A DNA stretch of 64,000 bases from an uncultured delta proteobacterium (GCA_963797235.1 CAWCOX010000004.1:462400-526399); one strand, 5' to 3'. Counted from the first letter of the stretch, positions 17,704 through 28,206 are shown. Numbers and translations are program-made. The notes: generated from the sequence alone by a model not told the origin.

Positions 17704-18609
17704 CTACGGAGCATAGCTCAGAAGCATTTCTGGCGGGACAGGCGCGGTGAAATCGATGGACATCATGACACTCATAATGAATATGGTCAGAATGGAGAAG
17801 ATAAAAAGCTTCTTGGCCCAGAGTCGCTCATCGGATGCCTTGTAGCCCGACCAGGCCATATACAGCCAGGACAGGCCCAACACGGTCGCCACTGCCGAGG
17901 TGCTGTAACCGGTGTAGCCGCCTACGGTCAGCATCAGCGTAGCGGCCATAAAGGCCAAGATATAACCGACCATATGCTTTTTTGCCGCGGCGGTTCCCTG
18001 CTTGACCGGCAGAACCGGGATGGCCGCAGCAGTGTAATCATCAAACCGAAAAACCGCGATGGCGTAGCAGTGAGGCATCTGCCAAAGGCTGAAGATCGAC
18101 AACAATATCACTGCTCCCAGGTCGAAGCGACCGGTGACGGCGCAATATCCCGCCAGGGGCGGTGAGGCTCCCGCCAGACTGCCGATCAACGCGCCATAGA
18201 CGGAATGGCGCTTCAGGTAGAGGCTGTACACGCCCACATAAATCGCCAGGCCAGCCAGCACGATGACTACGGACAGCAGGTTGGTTTCCGCCCAGAGCAG
18301 TGCCAGGCCCGCCAGGCCCAAAATCGTGGCGTAGACTACGGCGATCTTCGGTGAGATGAGCCCCTTGGCCAGGGCGCGGTTGCATGTTCGGATCATCTTT
18401 CGGTCTATTTTTCTATCGACACAGTTGTTGAAAACGCAACCTGAAGCCACAACCAGGGATATGCCGATGAGAGTCGGTGTGAGAGCCAGGCCATCAACCC
18501 GCCCTTTGGAGGCCAGAAAAAAGCCGGCTGCCGCGGAGATCAGGTTTCCGAAAACGATCCCCGGTTTGGCAACGAGCACATAGTTTTTGATCCTTGCAGG
18601 CATGCTCAC
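17704..18609 (-). CDS. cyoE: Protohaem IX farnesyltransferase (haem O synthase)
   Basis: 301-aa UbiA-family membrane protein (..[16 protein letters not shown].., ..[14 protein letters not shown]..). Last gene of the cyo cluster. Confidence 0.9.
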   Translation of the reverse strand: MSMPARIKNYVLVAKPGIVFGNLISAAAGFFLASKGRVDGLALTPTLIGISLVVASGCVFNNCVDRKIDRKMIRTCNRALAKGLISPKIAVVYATILGLAGLALLWAETNLLSVVIVLAGLAIYVGVYSLYLKRHSVYGALIGSLAGASPPLAGYCAVTGRFDLGAVILLSIFSLWQMPHCYAIAVFRFDDYTAAAIPVLPVKQGTAAAKKHMVGYILAFMAATLMLTVGGYTGYSTSAVATVLGLSWLYMAWSGYKASDERLWAKKLFIFSILTIFIMSVMMSIDFTAPVPPEMLLSYAP

Positions 18610-18617
18610 ATCATCTT

Positions 18618-18758
18618 CAGCTATCAGCTTTCAGCATTCAGCATATCAGCTTTTTAAATAAAAATAATTTGTTCCGTTACCTCAACCAATCAACATTATC
18701 GACCTAATGTGCTAACTCATGGTTTTTGCTGATAGCTGAAAGCTGACTGCTGAACGCT
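18618..18758. repeat. Long imperfect inverted repeat built from GCTGA-NN heptamers, with an AT-rich loop
   Basis: Left arm CAGCTATCAGCTTTCAGCATTCAGCATATCAGC, right arm GCTGATAGCTGAAAGCTGACTGCTGAACGCT, ~75-nt AT-rich spacer. It fills the whole cyoD-cyoE spacer. Confidence 0.7.
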
Positions 18759-18762
18759 AACC

Positions 18763-19089
18763 TCACATCATTCGGTAATTCAGGCTAGACATGATCCAGA
18801 GGGTTCCTCCGACGAAGAGGGCCAAGATCAATAAAGTGAAGATCAGGGCCACCACGTTCCAGCGTGCCGCCGAGGAAGTGTCCAGATGCAGGAAGTAATG
18901 CAGGTGCACCAGAATCTGCACGAGGCCCGCACTGAATATGCCGGCCAGGGTCGCCGCGGAGGACCAGGCGCCGCTCACCACCAAGGCAAACGGCATGGCG
19001 GTCAGAATGAGGGAAAGAACAAAGCCGGTGAGGTACGATTTGAGACTTCCCCTGCTGACGCCGGTGCTGTCGATCGGTGCTTGACTCAT
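18763..19089 (-). CDS. cyoD: Quinol oxidase subunit IV
   Basis: 108-aa protein with three TM segments (..LKSYLTGFVLSLILTAMPF..) in the position expected for cyoD. Confidence 0.8.
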   Translation of the reverse strand: MSQAPIDSTGVSRGSLKSYLTGFVLSLILTAMPFALVVSGAWSSAATLAGIFSAGLVQILVHLHYFLHLDTSSAARWNVVALIFTLLILALFVGGTLWIMSSLNYRMM

Positions 19090-19707
19090 TTAGACAACTC
19101 CCATCAGGTAGACGATACTGAATATGCCGATCCAGATGATATCCAGAAAATGCCAGAACATACCCAGACGCAGCAGCCGTGATTGGACCGGAGAGGTCAA
19201 CCCTTTGACGGCTACCTGGCCCATCATGCACGCCATCCAGATCAGCCCGAAAGTCACATGGGTGCCGTGAGTCCCTACCAGGGTGAAAAAACTCGACAGG
19301 AAGGCGCTGCGGTCCGGTCCAAAGCCCGCGGCCATCAGGCCGCGGAACTCATTGATTTCCATGCAGACAAATCCGAGCCCCAGCAGAAAGGTGACGGCGA
19401 GTCCGATCAGCACCCACTTCTTCTTGGCGTCGCGCCCGGCCAGCATGACCAGACCATAGGTGACGCTGCTGCACAGCAGAAACAAGGTTTCACCCGACAG
19501 GTAAGGCAGGTCAAACAATTCCTTCCCCGTCGGGCCATTGGCATAGTTGCGGCCCAAGACGGCAAAAGTCGCGAAGAGCGTCGCAAATATGATGAGGTCG
19601 CTCATCAGATAGAGCCAGAAACCGAAGGTCTGCATCGCGACGGTATCGGGGTGTGCAACTTCTTCGTTATGAGCGATGCCGATGGTCGAAGCGTCTGTGG
19701 TCATCAT
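19090..19707 (-). CDS. cyoC: Quinol oxidase subunit III
   Basis: 205 aa with haem-copper oxidase subunit III features (..FGFWLYLMSDLIIFATLF.., ..HGTHVTFGLIW.., ..FWHFLDIIWI..). Confidence 0.9.
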   Translation of the reverse strand: MMTTDASTIGIAHNEEVAHPDTVAMQTFGFWLYLMSDLIIFATLFATFAVLGRNYANGPTGKELFDLPYLSGETLFLLCSSVTYGLVMLAGRDAKKKWVLIGLAVTFLLGLGFVCMEINEFRGLMAAGFGPDRSAFLSSFFTLVGTHGTHVTFGLIWMACMMGQVAVKGLTSPVQSRLLRLGMFWHFLDIIWIGIFSIVYLMGVV

Positions 19708-21727
19708 TTACCTCTCCGGTACAGGTTCTGGTCTGTCTGCGGGACGTCTCTTGGCGACGGCGGTCAATTGTCGGTAGCGTTCATTTTCGATCCGCTCGAC
19801 CTCGGCGGCGGGAATGAGGTAATGGATGTCGTCGTCGATTGAGCGGGCAATGACCGTGACCAGCATACCCAGGGCGGCCAGTATGGCCAGCCACCAGATG
19901 TACCAGATCATGGCAAATCCGAACATGAAAGCCAGGGCGCCGATGATCAGGCCGTGCGGCGCGTTCTTCGGCATCTCGATGTCGTGATATTGTTCCGGCC
20001 GCAGGTAAGCGACGCCCTTTTCCTTCATCTCCATGAAGGCATCGATGTCCTCGACGACGGGTATTTTCGGGAAGTTATAGACCGCGGGGGGAGAAGCGGT
20101 CAGCCACTCCAGGGTGCGGCCGTCCCAGGGATCGCCGGTCGGATCGCTGAGGGCCTGGCGCTCCTTAAGGCTGAGGAGTAATTGAATTACCATGAAAGAC
20201 GATGCCGAGCGCGATCACGGCCGTACCCAAGGCGGCGACGAGCAGAAGGGGATGCCAGGCCGGGTTGGCATAATGCACCATGCGGCGGGGCATGCCCATG
20301 AAGCCCAGCACATACAGGGGAATAAAGGCCAGAATAAACCCGATCTGCCAGCACCAGAAGGCGCGTTTGCCCCAATTTTCCTGCAAACGAAAGCCGGTGG
20401 CCTTGGGGAACCAATAATAATAACCTGCCAAAAAGCCGAACAGCGAACCGGGGATCAGCACATTGTGGAAATGCGCGATCAGAAACAGGCTGTTGTGGAG
20501 CACGTAATCAGCGGGCGGCATAGCCAGCATGACGCCGGCAGACCCGCCGATGGCGAAGGTCACGATGAACCCCAGGGTCCAGTACATCGGCGTAGTAAAC
20601 CTGATGCGGCCGCGATACATGGTGAAAAGCCAGTTGAAGGTCTTCACCCCGGTGGGGATGGCAATCATCATGGTCGCAATCCCGAAAAAGAGGTTGACGT
20701 TCGGGCTGGCGCCCATGGTGAAAAAATGATGCACCCAGACGGAAAAGGACAGAACCGTGATGGCCGCAGTGGCATAGACCATGGATCTATAGCCGAACAG
20801 CCGTTTTCCGGAGAAAGTGGCGACGACCTCCGAAAAGATCCCGAAAGCCGGCAGGATGACGATATAGACCTCGGGATGCCCCCAGGTCCAGAACAGGTTG
20901 GCATACATCATCATGTTGCCGCCGAGGTCGTTGCTGAAAAAATGCATACCCAGGTAGCGATCGAGGGTTAACATGGCGAGAGCGGCCGTCAGCACCGGAA
21001 AGGCCCAAACTACGAGCACCATGGTGCAAAGAGTAGTCCAGACAAACATCGGCATCCGCATCAGCGTCATGCCGGGAGCGCGCATTTTCAGGATGGTGAC
21101 GAGAAAATTGATCCCGGTCAGGGTCGAGGCGATACCGGCGATCTGGAAGGACCAGATCCAATAGTCCACCCCGGTGCCGGGGCTGTACTGTTGTTGGGTC
21201 AGTGGGGCATATCCCGACCAGCCGGCCTGGGAAAACTCACCCACCCCCAGAGATACCATGACCAGCAACGCCGCGGCCGTGGTTAGCCAGAGACTGAGCG
21301 AATTCAGAAAGGGAAAGGCGACATCGCGGGCCCCGATTTGCTGCGGCACCACGATATTCATCAACCCGACCAGAAACGGCATGGCCATGAAGACGATCAT
21401 GATCGAGCCGTGGGCGCTGAATATCTGATTGAAGTGCTCAGGGGTCAGATAGCCCAGGGAGCCGCCCGCGGCCATGGCCTGCTGGCCGCGCATCAGAATG
21501 GCATCGGAGAAGCCGCGCAGCAGCATGACCAAGGCGAGGATAATGTACATGATGCCGATCTTTTTGTGGTCGAGGCTGGTCAGCCATTCCTGGTAAAGGT
21601 AGGTCCATTTGCGGTAGTAAGTGATCAAGCCCAGGATCACCAGGCCCAGGAGAACCGAACCAACTACGGCACTCATGGTGATCAGGTTTTCATACGGAAT
21701 CGCCGCCAGGCTTAACTTGCCAAACAT
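19708..21727 (-). CDS. cyoB: Quinol oxidase subunit I, frame-disrupted
   Basis: The ORF starting MFGKLSL.. has haem-copper subunit I motifs (..WFFGHPEVY-like [14 protein letters not shown].., ..HHFFTMG..). The C-terminus (..[17 protein letters not shown]..) is in ORF 19708-20193, in another frame. The shift is at ~20194-20197. Confidence 0.85.
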
Positions 21728-21835
21728 CTCAATGTCCCTCCGCAACGTCGGTTCCCGCGTGTGGTGGAAACGGAGCCCCTGCTCATGGGGCCGGGCATTT
21801 CCTTCCAATTCGGATCGAATTTGCGCAGGATATCC

Positions 21836-22657
21836 TCAAACAGACTCGGGCTTGACTGCCGAGAAATAGGTGACCGGGTGGTAGCCGACGCTCGGCCTGG
21901 CGAGCTGCTCATATCGGTCCAGATCAAGCAATTCCTTCGATTGTCTGATCTTTTGCACCCACGCTTGAAACTCTTCACGGGAAACCGCCTGCGCCTGGAA
22001 ATGCATGTCAGCGTAACCGCGGCCGCTCAATTGGTTATTCTGACCGGCATAGGTGCCTGGCTTATCAGCCAGGAGGTGCAGCCGGGTTTGCATGCCTGCC
22101 ATGGCGTAAATCTGGCTGCCCAGCTGCGGGATGAAGAAGGAAGTCATGACGTTGTCCGAGGTGAGTCTGAAGCTGAGCGGAACATTGACGGGAAAAGTGA
22201 TTTGATTGACCGTGGCGATATTTTCATCCGGGTAAATGAAGAGCCATTTCCATTCCAGGGATATGGCTTCGATGGTGATGGGCTTGGCCGCCGATGGGAT
22301 GGGCTTATAGGGATCCAGAGAATGGGTCCTGGTCCAGGCCAGAATCGACAGAACCGTGACAATGGCAATGGGAACCGCCCACATGACCAAATCGATTTTG
22401 GCGGAATAATTCCATTTCGGCAGATAAGTCGAGGCGGTATTGGAAGCTTTGTACTTCAGGGGAAACCAGAAAGCCATGATGAAGACGGGAATCACGACGA
22501 TCGCCATGAGCACGATGCCCGCCAGGATGACGAACCGCTCCGCCTCGCCGATCGGTCCTTTGGGGTCGAACAAAAGTATCGTGCTGCAACCTCCGAGGAA
22601 AGTTACTGCACCTAGGGATGACAAGCCGACAAAAACGAAATATTTCTTTCTCTTCAT
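21836..22657 (-). CDS. cyoA: Quinol oxidase subunit II (lipoprotein); C-terminus appears frame-shifted
   Basis: Lipobox ..FLGGCS, two TM segments and a cupredoxin-like domain. After ..YFSAVKPES* the expected continuation LFEDILRKF.. is in the overlapping frame (21712-21978). Confidence 0.8.
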   Translation of the reverse strand: MKRKKYFVFVGLSSLGAVTFLGGCSTILLFDPKGPIGEAERFVILAGIVLMAIVVIPVFIMAFWFPLKYKASNTASTYLPKWNYSAKIDLVMWAVPIAIVTVLSILAWTRTHSLDPYKPIPSAAKPITIEAISLEWKWLFIYPDENIATVNQITFPVNVPLSFRLTSDNVMTSFFIPQLGSQIYAMAGMQTRLHLLADKPGTYAGQNNQLSGRGYADMHFQAQAVSREEFQAWVQKIRQSKELLDLDRYEQLARPSVGYHPVTYFSAVKPESV

Positions 22658-23123
22658 CTATCCCCCAATGTCTCAAGGGTCTTCACATTTTGGAAAAATC
22701 AGCAAAGATTATCATCAGGTCCGGTCTTAGCGACCTTAGATCGCCATCCAACCGGGTGATCTGAAAGCCTGGGTTCTCAAAGCCGCTTGGCCCGGTTTTT
22801 ATTAGGTGATGGAGGGCGAAGGATCGTGGGGCCGATGAGGAAAACGGGCCTTAGAGAATGCCTATAAGGTAGGGGTTTAAGATCACCGTGTCAAGATTAC
22901 CCGCTGGCGATTGGCAAGCAAGGGAGACGGGCACTCCTGATAATTCTCCGCAGGCAGAATTATCTACTAATTTTGCCTATGATTCGAATCTGGAAATCTC
23001 TTGAAATGATGAAGCCCCGGGTAGAAATACCCAGGGCTTCAAACGAACCTTTATCGGATGCCAAAATCGGGATCGCCGGTTTTGACTAACCTTTTCTTAT
23101 GGCTTCGCTCGCCGGGGGGCCGA

Positions 23124-23543
23124 TTACCGCACAATCAGCACGCTGCAGGGGGCGTGGCGGCTCACTTTTTCCGCGGTGGTGCCTAAAAGCGCCCAGACCC
23201 CGGAAAGGCCGCTGTGGCCTACCAGGATCACATCAAACTCTCCCCCTTTGGCAACCTCAACGATGGTCTTGGCCGGGTGGCCGGCGCGCAGGAGAGCCTT
23301 TAACTCAATCCCGGCTTCGGCGGCCCGGGCCCGCGCCGCCTCCATCAGCTCGCGGAATTTTTGGTCGGCCAGATCCTTGGCTTCCTGGAACTCGCCAACG
23401 GTGGCGCTGATATGCGGCAGTCTCTCCTCCACCGCCAGCGCCCAAATTTTCCCTTCATGAACCGTGGCCAGATCTATGGCAGCCTCCAGGGCCCGATTGG
23501 CTCCATCCGATCCATCATAGGCCAGCAGGATTTTTTGAAACAT
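23124..23543 (-). CDS. Universal stress protein (UspA family)
   Basis: MFQKILLAYDGSDGANRALE.. ..ILVGHSGLSGVWALLGTTAEKVSRHAPCSVLIVR. GGGAGGA RBS before ATG 23543. Confidence 0.85.
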   Translation of the reverse strand: MFQKILLAYDGSDGANRALEAAIDLATVHEGKIWALAVEERLPHISATVGEFQEAKDLADQKFRELMEAARARAAEAGIELKALLRAGHPAKTIVEVAKGGEFDVILVGHSGLSGVWALLGTTAEKVSRHAPCSVLIVR

Positions 23544-23602
23544 CGTTCCTCCCGTTATCATGCTTGTCTGGATGTTTCATATTCTAGCCCTAAAACTCCC
23601 GC

Positions 23603-24783
23603 TCATTCTTCGACATAATGTAAAAAGTGCTCCGATGTGCCCAAAAATTCCGGCTCATAAGGGACCACGGTCTTGGGCTGGAACCAGGTCTGGGCAATAA
23701 AGGTCGGCACCACGGCGGAGCCGATGACCACCGTCACCAGGACGGAATATTGGGACTGGCTGATAATGCCGCGGGTCAGCCCGTAAAGAGCCGAGATGCT
23801 GCCGAAAGTGAGGCCGGTGGCCATGAGCAGGGTGGTGTAATTACTTTCCCTGATGCGGCATCTTAAAGGCCCGGCATAGCGGCCAGACCCCGATGATTTT
23901 GGCGGCGATCTTAACCCCCAAGAGGATACGCGATCAGCACGATTCCCGTGTACAAAGCCGGCAGGGAGATCAAGGCGCCCGCCTTAATAAAGAAAAACGG
24001 GGTCAACAAGGTGAAGGTAATGGTCCGCATGCGCCGCATCAGGACCTTGTCCCGCACGAACACGCCGGCGACCACCAGCCCGAAGAGATAGGCCGGCAAG
24101 ACCGCCTCGCTGTTGGCCGTGACCGCCAGGGCGCCCAGAAAACAGAGCACCAAAAAGACGAATTTGACTTCCGGCTCGCTGACCCGGCCGCCCCATTTGG
24201 AGAACATCCAGCGGCTGACCCGCGGCAACAGCCACAGGGCAATGCCGGTAACCACGACAAACACCAGCATCCAACGGTTAAAATTGGCAAACAGCACCCC
24301 CAAGGCCAGCACCGTGCCCAGGTCGGTGACGAAACAGGCGGCCAGGATGAGCTTGCCGATGTCGGTCTCATTCAGGCCGGTCTCCACCATGACGGCATAG
24401 ACCACGGCCACCGAGGTGGTGGACAGGGCGATGCCGGCAATCTCGGCGGCTTGCAGGTCCCAGCCGGTGACGTAATAGGTGAAGGCCATGGCCCCCAGGA
24501 AAGGAAATAAGAAGGAGATGAACCCGATGACCAGGCTGGGCTTGAGATGCTTCTTGAAGGAGGCGGGATCGATTTCGGCCCCGGCCAGGAAGGTCAGCAT
24601 CATGGAGCCGAAGGCGGCCAGGACGTCGATCCAGGGAGCGGAATGGAATCCCAGAAAGTTTCCTGCCAGTACCCCCAGGAAGATTTCCACCAGGGCCACC
24701 GAGATGCCGGTGCGGATGGAAATGAGGCTGGCCGCCAGCGCTACGCCCAGCCAACTGGCCGCAGTAAACCAGACCTGTTCCAC
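23603..24783 (-). CDS. Cation:proton antiporter (CPA2 / Kef-type), frame-disrupted twice
   Basis: The 290-aa ORF (GTG 24783) has a Na_H_exchanger-type TM pattern. The sequence continues as LGVKIAAKIIGVWP.. and then ..NYTTLLMATGLTFGSIS.. in two other frames. The shifts are at a G5 run (~23913) and near 23835. Confidence 0.75.
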
Positions 24784-24947
24784 TTTAATCCTCCTGCTGC
24801 CGGGATGGAGGGCAATAAAAAAGCCCCTGCTTCACCAAAGGTGAACACAGGAGCCATCAGCGTCGGCGCGGTTCGGGTGGATTTATCCTCCCAGGCGGAC
24901 CCCATCGCCTCGCCCCCCAAATTAAGGCCGCGGCTCAGCGAATGCAA
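24784..24947 (-). promoter_or_regulatory. Structured 5' leader with intrinsic terminator upstream of the antiporter (candidate riboswitch or attenuator)
   Basis: Possible promoter TTGCAT-17-TAATTT (24947-24919). The leader contains hairpins GGCG..CGCC and GGGAGGAU-AAA-UCCACCC. A 14-bp terminator stem (24823-24856) plus U6 (24817-24822) sits ~35 nt before the RBS and GTG. Confidence 0.45.
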
Positions 24948-25046
24948 GGATTTTTTACGAAATAATTAATTCCACCCGGACAAATACCCTGGATAGTTGG
25001 ATTCGACGCGGCATCGCCGCCAACCGCCCACTCCCTTGAGTCTAAC

Positions 25047-26342
25047 TTAGGGTGATACCGCTGACGTGGAGGCGAACCCGGCGCGTAACAGTGAATCCCG
25101 GCTGACCATGCCTTGATAAATCCCCTCCGCATCGATAACCGGCAAACGCTTGATCGCCCGCTCCAACATCAGTTGCAGGGCTTCATCTATCGGGGCGTCT
25201 TCCTGAACCGTCACGATGTGGGTGTTCATGATCTCACCGGCAGTCTTCAGTTCCAACTGCCGCTGGAGATCCTGGTGCCGGCGCCCCCGCTCGGTAAAGG
25301 GAATTTTGCTCACAAAATAATCCCAGATACCCGGATGGCGCTCGGAAAAAGCGACCAGGAGGTCCCGATCCGAGATCAACCCCAGGAAACGTCCTGCCTG
25401 GTCCACCACGCCAACCCGTTGCAGGTCATTGCGGTCAATGAGACGAATCACTTCCTCGACAGGAGTGTCGGGAAGCACTGTCGGAGTGTCTCGGCGCATG
25501 ATGTCGGCAACGGAGCGCAAATTTTCCACCCTGATTTCCTGCGCTTGAAAGGCTTTCCAGTCCGGGGATTCCCGCATACTGGTGCGAAACACGTCCACCC
25601 GCGAGAGGATGCCGGCCAGTCTTCCGGCGGCATCGACCACCGGGAGGCGCTTCACCTTTTTTTCAAGCATTAATTGAACCGCCTCCGTTACCGGCTTATC
25701 CTGCTCTATCGTCACTGCCGGCCGCGTCATGACTTCTCTGGCCCTCCTCGGTGCGAGCGCCTCCAGGACCGCGCTCACTTTTTGGCGATCCGATTCCGCC
25801 AGCAAACCGATCCTCATGGGCATTCCGGCCTTATAGATTAAATCCCCCTGGGCGATGACTCCGACCGGCCGGTTCTCTCCATCCACCACGGGCAGGCCGG
25901 TAAAAGTGGAAGAGAGCAGCAGGCGGGCCACTTCGGCCAGCGAGTCGTCCAGGCCGACCTTTTTCGGAGCCGGAGTCATGATGTCTCGCACCCTGGTCTG
26001 TCTGGGGATGAGAATGCCCCGGGTCCGATGGGAAACGACGCTCAAATCCTGCACCGCCACGATACCGTCGGTGACCATCTCCGCGGCCTTCGCCAAGATC
26101 CGCTCAGACTCGGAAGCCGGCACGATAATCGTAATCCGCACCGGCATGTTGTAGGAGAGGACCTCAAGCCTGCCGGTGGCCAGCTCCCCACTTTCATAAG
26201 AGCCCTCTATCCCCCTGGTCACCAGACAACGCGCCGCGATCTTCAAGTCGTGGACAAATTGGACGACGGCAGCATAAAGGGGCTGCCCCTGCCACCGCGC
26301 TTCCTCACTGCTAAAGATCTCAATCTTTTTATACTGCTGCAT
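25047..26342 (-). CDS. DUF190 (CrcB-associated, PII-like) domain fused to four CBS domains
   Basis: The N-terminus MQQYKKIEIFSSEEARWQGQPLYAAVVQFV.. is DUF190-like. It is followed by 4 CBS modules (..IMTPAPKKV.., ..VMTRPAVTI.., ..IMRRDTPTV.., ..IMNTHIVTV..). AAGGTGAGG RBS. It lies 14 nt after crcB. Confidence 0.7.
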   Translation of the reverse strand: MQQYKKIEIFSSEEARWQGQPLYAAVVQFVHDLKIAARCLVTRGIEGSYESGELATGRLEVLSYNMPVRITIIVPASESERILAKAAEMVTDGIVAVQDLSVVSHRTRGILIPRQTRVRDIMTPAPKKVGLDDSLAEVARLLLSSTFTGLPVVDGENRPVGVIAQGDLIYKAGMPMRIGLLAESDRQKVSAVLEALAPRRAREVMTRPAVTIEQDKPVTEAVQLMLEKKVKRLPVVDAAGRLAGILSRVDVFRTSMRESPDWKAFQAQEIRVENLRSVADIMRRDTPTVLPDTPVEEVIRLIDRNDLQRVGVVDQAGRFLGLISDRDLLVAFSERHPGIWDYFVSKIPFTERGRRHQDLQRQLELKTAGEIMNTHIVTVQEDAPIDEALQLMLERAIKRLPVIDAEGIYQGMVSRDSLLRAGFASTSAVSP

Positions 26343-26355
26343 AATTAGCCTCACC

Positions 26356-26730
26356 TTACCTTAGGCGGCCCACCAGCATGCCCAGAAAAACCAAGGCTCC
26401 ACCAATGAGGTTGTTGGAAAGAAAGTTGGCCAGGGTGACCAGGTGCGTTCCCGCCCGCATGGAATTCACCGTCTCCAGGCCAAAGGTGGAAAAGGTCGTC
26501 AGGGCCCCAAGATACCCGGTAACAAAAAAGAGGCGAATCGAAGGGTTCATGATGCTGAAGCCGCGGTCGGCCAGGGCAAAAGAGAGACCGATGAGAAAGC
26601 AGCCTGAAAGGTTGACGATAAGGGTTCCCCAAGGGAATCTGGTGCCAAAAAGCTGCACGGCCAGCAAGGACACGCCATATCGGGAGAGCGCCCCGATGCT
26701 GCCGCCTAACATTACCAGGACTATTTTCAT
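26356..26730 (-). CDS. crcB: Fluoride channel CrcB/FluC
   Basis: MKIVLVMLGGSIGALSRYGV.. ..GTLIVNLSGCFLIG.. ..GYLGALTTFSTF... An alternative start at 26817 overlaps the pepP stop (TAATG). Confidence 0.85.
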   Translation of the reverse strand: MKIVLVMLGGSIGALSRYGVSLLAVQLFGTRFPWGTLIVNLSGCFLIGLSFALADRGFSIMNPSIRLFFVTGYLGALTTFSTFGLETVNSMRAGTHLVTLANFLSNNLIGGALVFLGMLVGRLR

Positions 26731-26816
26731 GATCCAGCCATCATGCCTGAGCAGCTGCCGCAGCCAATTAAGGGCGAAGAGTTTCTCGCCGCGCCTTTTC
26801 CCCTTTTCCCCGCTCA

Positions 26817-27926
26817 TTAATCCCACTCGTAAAAATCCACATAGCCATTCAACACTTCGGCTCCAGCCGTCTTGATCAGGGCCATATCCTCCAGCCGCAC
26901 CCCGCCCCAACCCGCCAGGTAGATGCCCGGCTCCACGGTCACCACGCTGCCGGCCTGGAGCACCGTGCGGCGCTCCGGGATGGGGCTCAGGGTGGGGTTT
27001 TCGTGGACTGCCAGGCCCACCCCGTGGCCCAGGGAATGGCCGAAGGCCTCGCCGTAGCCACCGTCGGCAATCACCTGCCGGGCCAGGGCGTCGGCGTCCA
27101 GGCTATCCATCCCGGCCTTAAGCCCCGCCTCGGCCTTAGCCTGGGCCCGGCGCACCAGGCTGTAGATCTTCCGGAACTGCTCATCCGGCGGCCCCAGAAT
27201 ATAGGTGCGGGTGATGTCGGCGCAGTAGCCGTGCAGCCGGCCGCCCATATCGATGATAATGGGCTCGCCGGCCTTGAGGACATGGTCCCCCGGCTGGTGG
27301 TGGGGCCGGGCGCTGTTCTCACCGGCGGCCACGATGGGGGCAAAGGCCATGGACTGGCACCCCCCTTCCCGCAGACCCCGTTCGATCTCCCAGGCCACCT
27401 GGCTTTCCGTCTTCCCCGGGGTGAGCTCCCGGGAGACCTGGCGCAGCACCGCCTCGCTTAGTTCCAGAGCCCGGCGCATGGCGGCCAGTTCCTCCGGGGC
27501 CTTCACTTCCCGCAGCTCTTCCACCACCCCTTCCAAGGGGCGCCACTCCACCTGGACCCCTTTGGAACTGACGGTTTCAGTCAAGCGTTGATAGGCCCGA
27601 AAGGTAACGTGGGCCGCTTCGAACCCCAGCCGCCGCACCCCAAGTTCCTGGAGCAGCCCGGCCAGGGTTTCCCCCAGGCTCACCTGATAAATCACTATCT
27701 GAAAGGCCGGGGCCTCCTGCCGGGCCCAAAGCTCGTAGCGAAAATCGGTGAGCAGCACCGCGGCGGCCGGGGTGATGAGCAGGGCGCCCCAATCGGCATC
27801 ATCGGCAGTGAAGCCGCTGAGATAGCGGCGGCTCGCCAGGCCGGAGACCAGCAGAGCATCAATTTCCCGCCGGCTGCAAAGATCTCTCAAGGCGCCCAGA
27901 CGCGGCATTTCGAGGGAGGTTGACAT
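26817..27926 (-). CDS. pepP: Xaa-Pro aminopeptidase (M24B)
   Basis: Creatinase-like N-terminal domain plus an M24 core (..DMGGRLHGYCADITRT.., ..HSLGHGVGLAVHE.., ..VVTVEPGIYL.., ..GVRLEDM..). ATG at 27926. Confidence 0.85.
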   Translation of the reverse strand: MSTSLEMPRLGALRDLCSRREIDALLVSGLASRRYLSGFTADDADWGALLITPAAAVLLTDFRYELWARQEAPAFQIVIYQVSLGETLAGLLQELGVRRLGFEAAHVTFRAYQRLTETVSSKGVQVEWRPLEGVVEELREVKAPEELAAMRRALELSEAVLRQVSRELTPGKTESQVAWEIERGLREGGCQSMAFAPIVAAGENSARPHHQPGDHVLKAGEPIIIDMGGRLHGYCADITRTYILGPPDEQFRKIYSLVRRAQAKAEAGLKAGMDSLDADALARQVIADGGYGEAFGHSLGHGVGLAVHENPTLSPIPERRTVLQAGSVVTVEPGIYLAGWGGVRLEDMALIKTAGAEVLNGYVDFYEWD

Positions 27927-28206
27927 GAAAGGATTTTGGGAAAAACCCGGCTGAAAAGCAAGGAAAAAGCTCGCCGCCAAATTTTTCCTTGCCGGCAACG
28001 AGAGGGCTGACCGTAATCTCAACTGCTGAAAAACCAGGGCGGGGCCGCCGCGCAAGTCGTCTCCCGGGTCGCTATTGACAATCAGGCTATTTCGAATTAA
28101 TCTTATTATTTAATGCCTGTTCTGATGGCCGGGTAATTTTCTGTTCCCACCCTGAAGCAAGGTCGTTGGCGGGCAACTGCACTCCACTATTTCCAGGATT
28201 TATGCT

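Noticed and set aside
22760-22800. The hairpin CCGGG..CCCGG followed by TTTTTATT on the plus strand, upstream of cyoA, considered as a small RNA terminator.
   Set aside because: There is no convincing promoter or conserved partner sequence, and the stem is interrupted. It is more likely an incidental structure in the cyoA upstream region.
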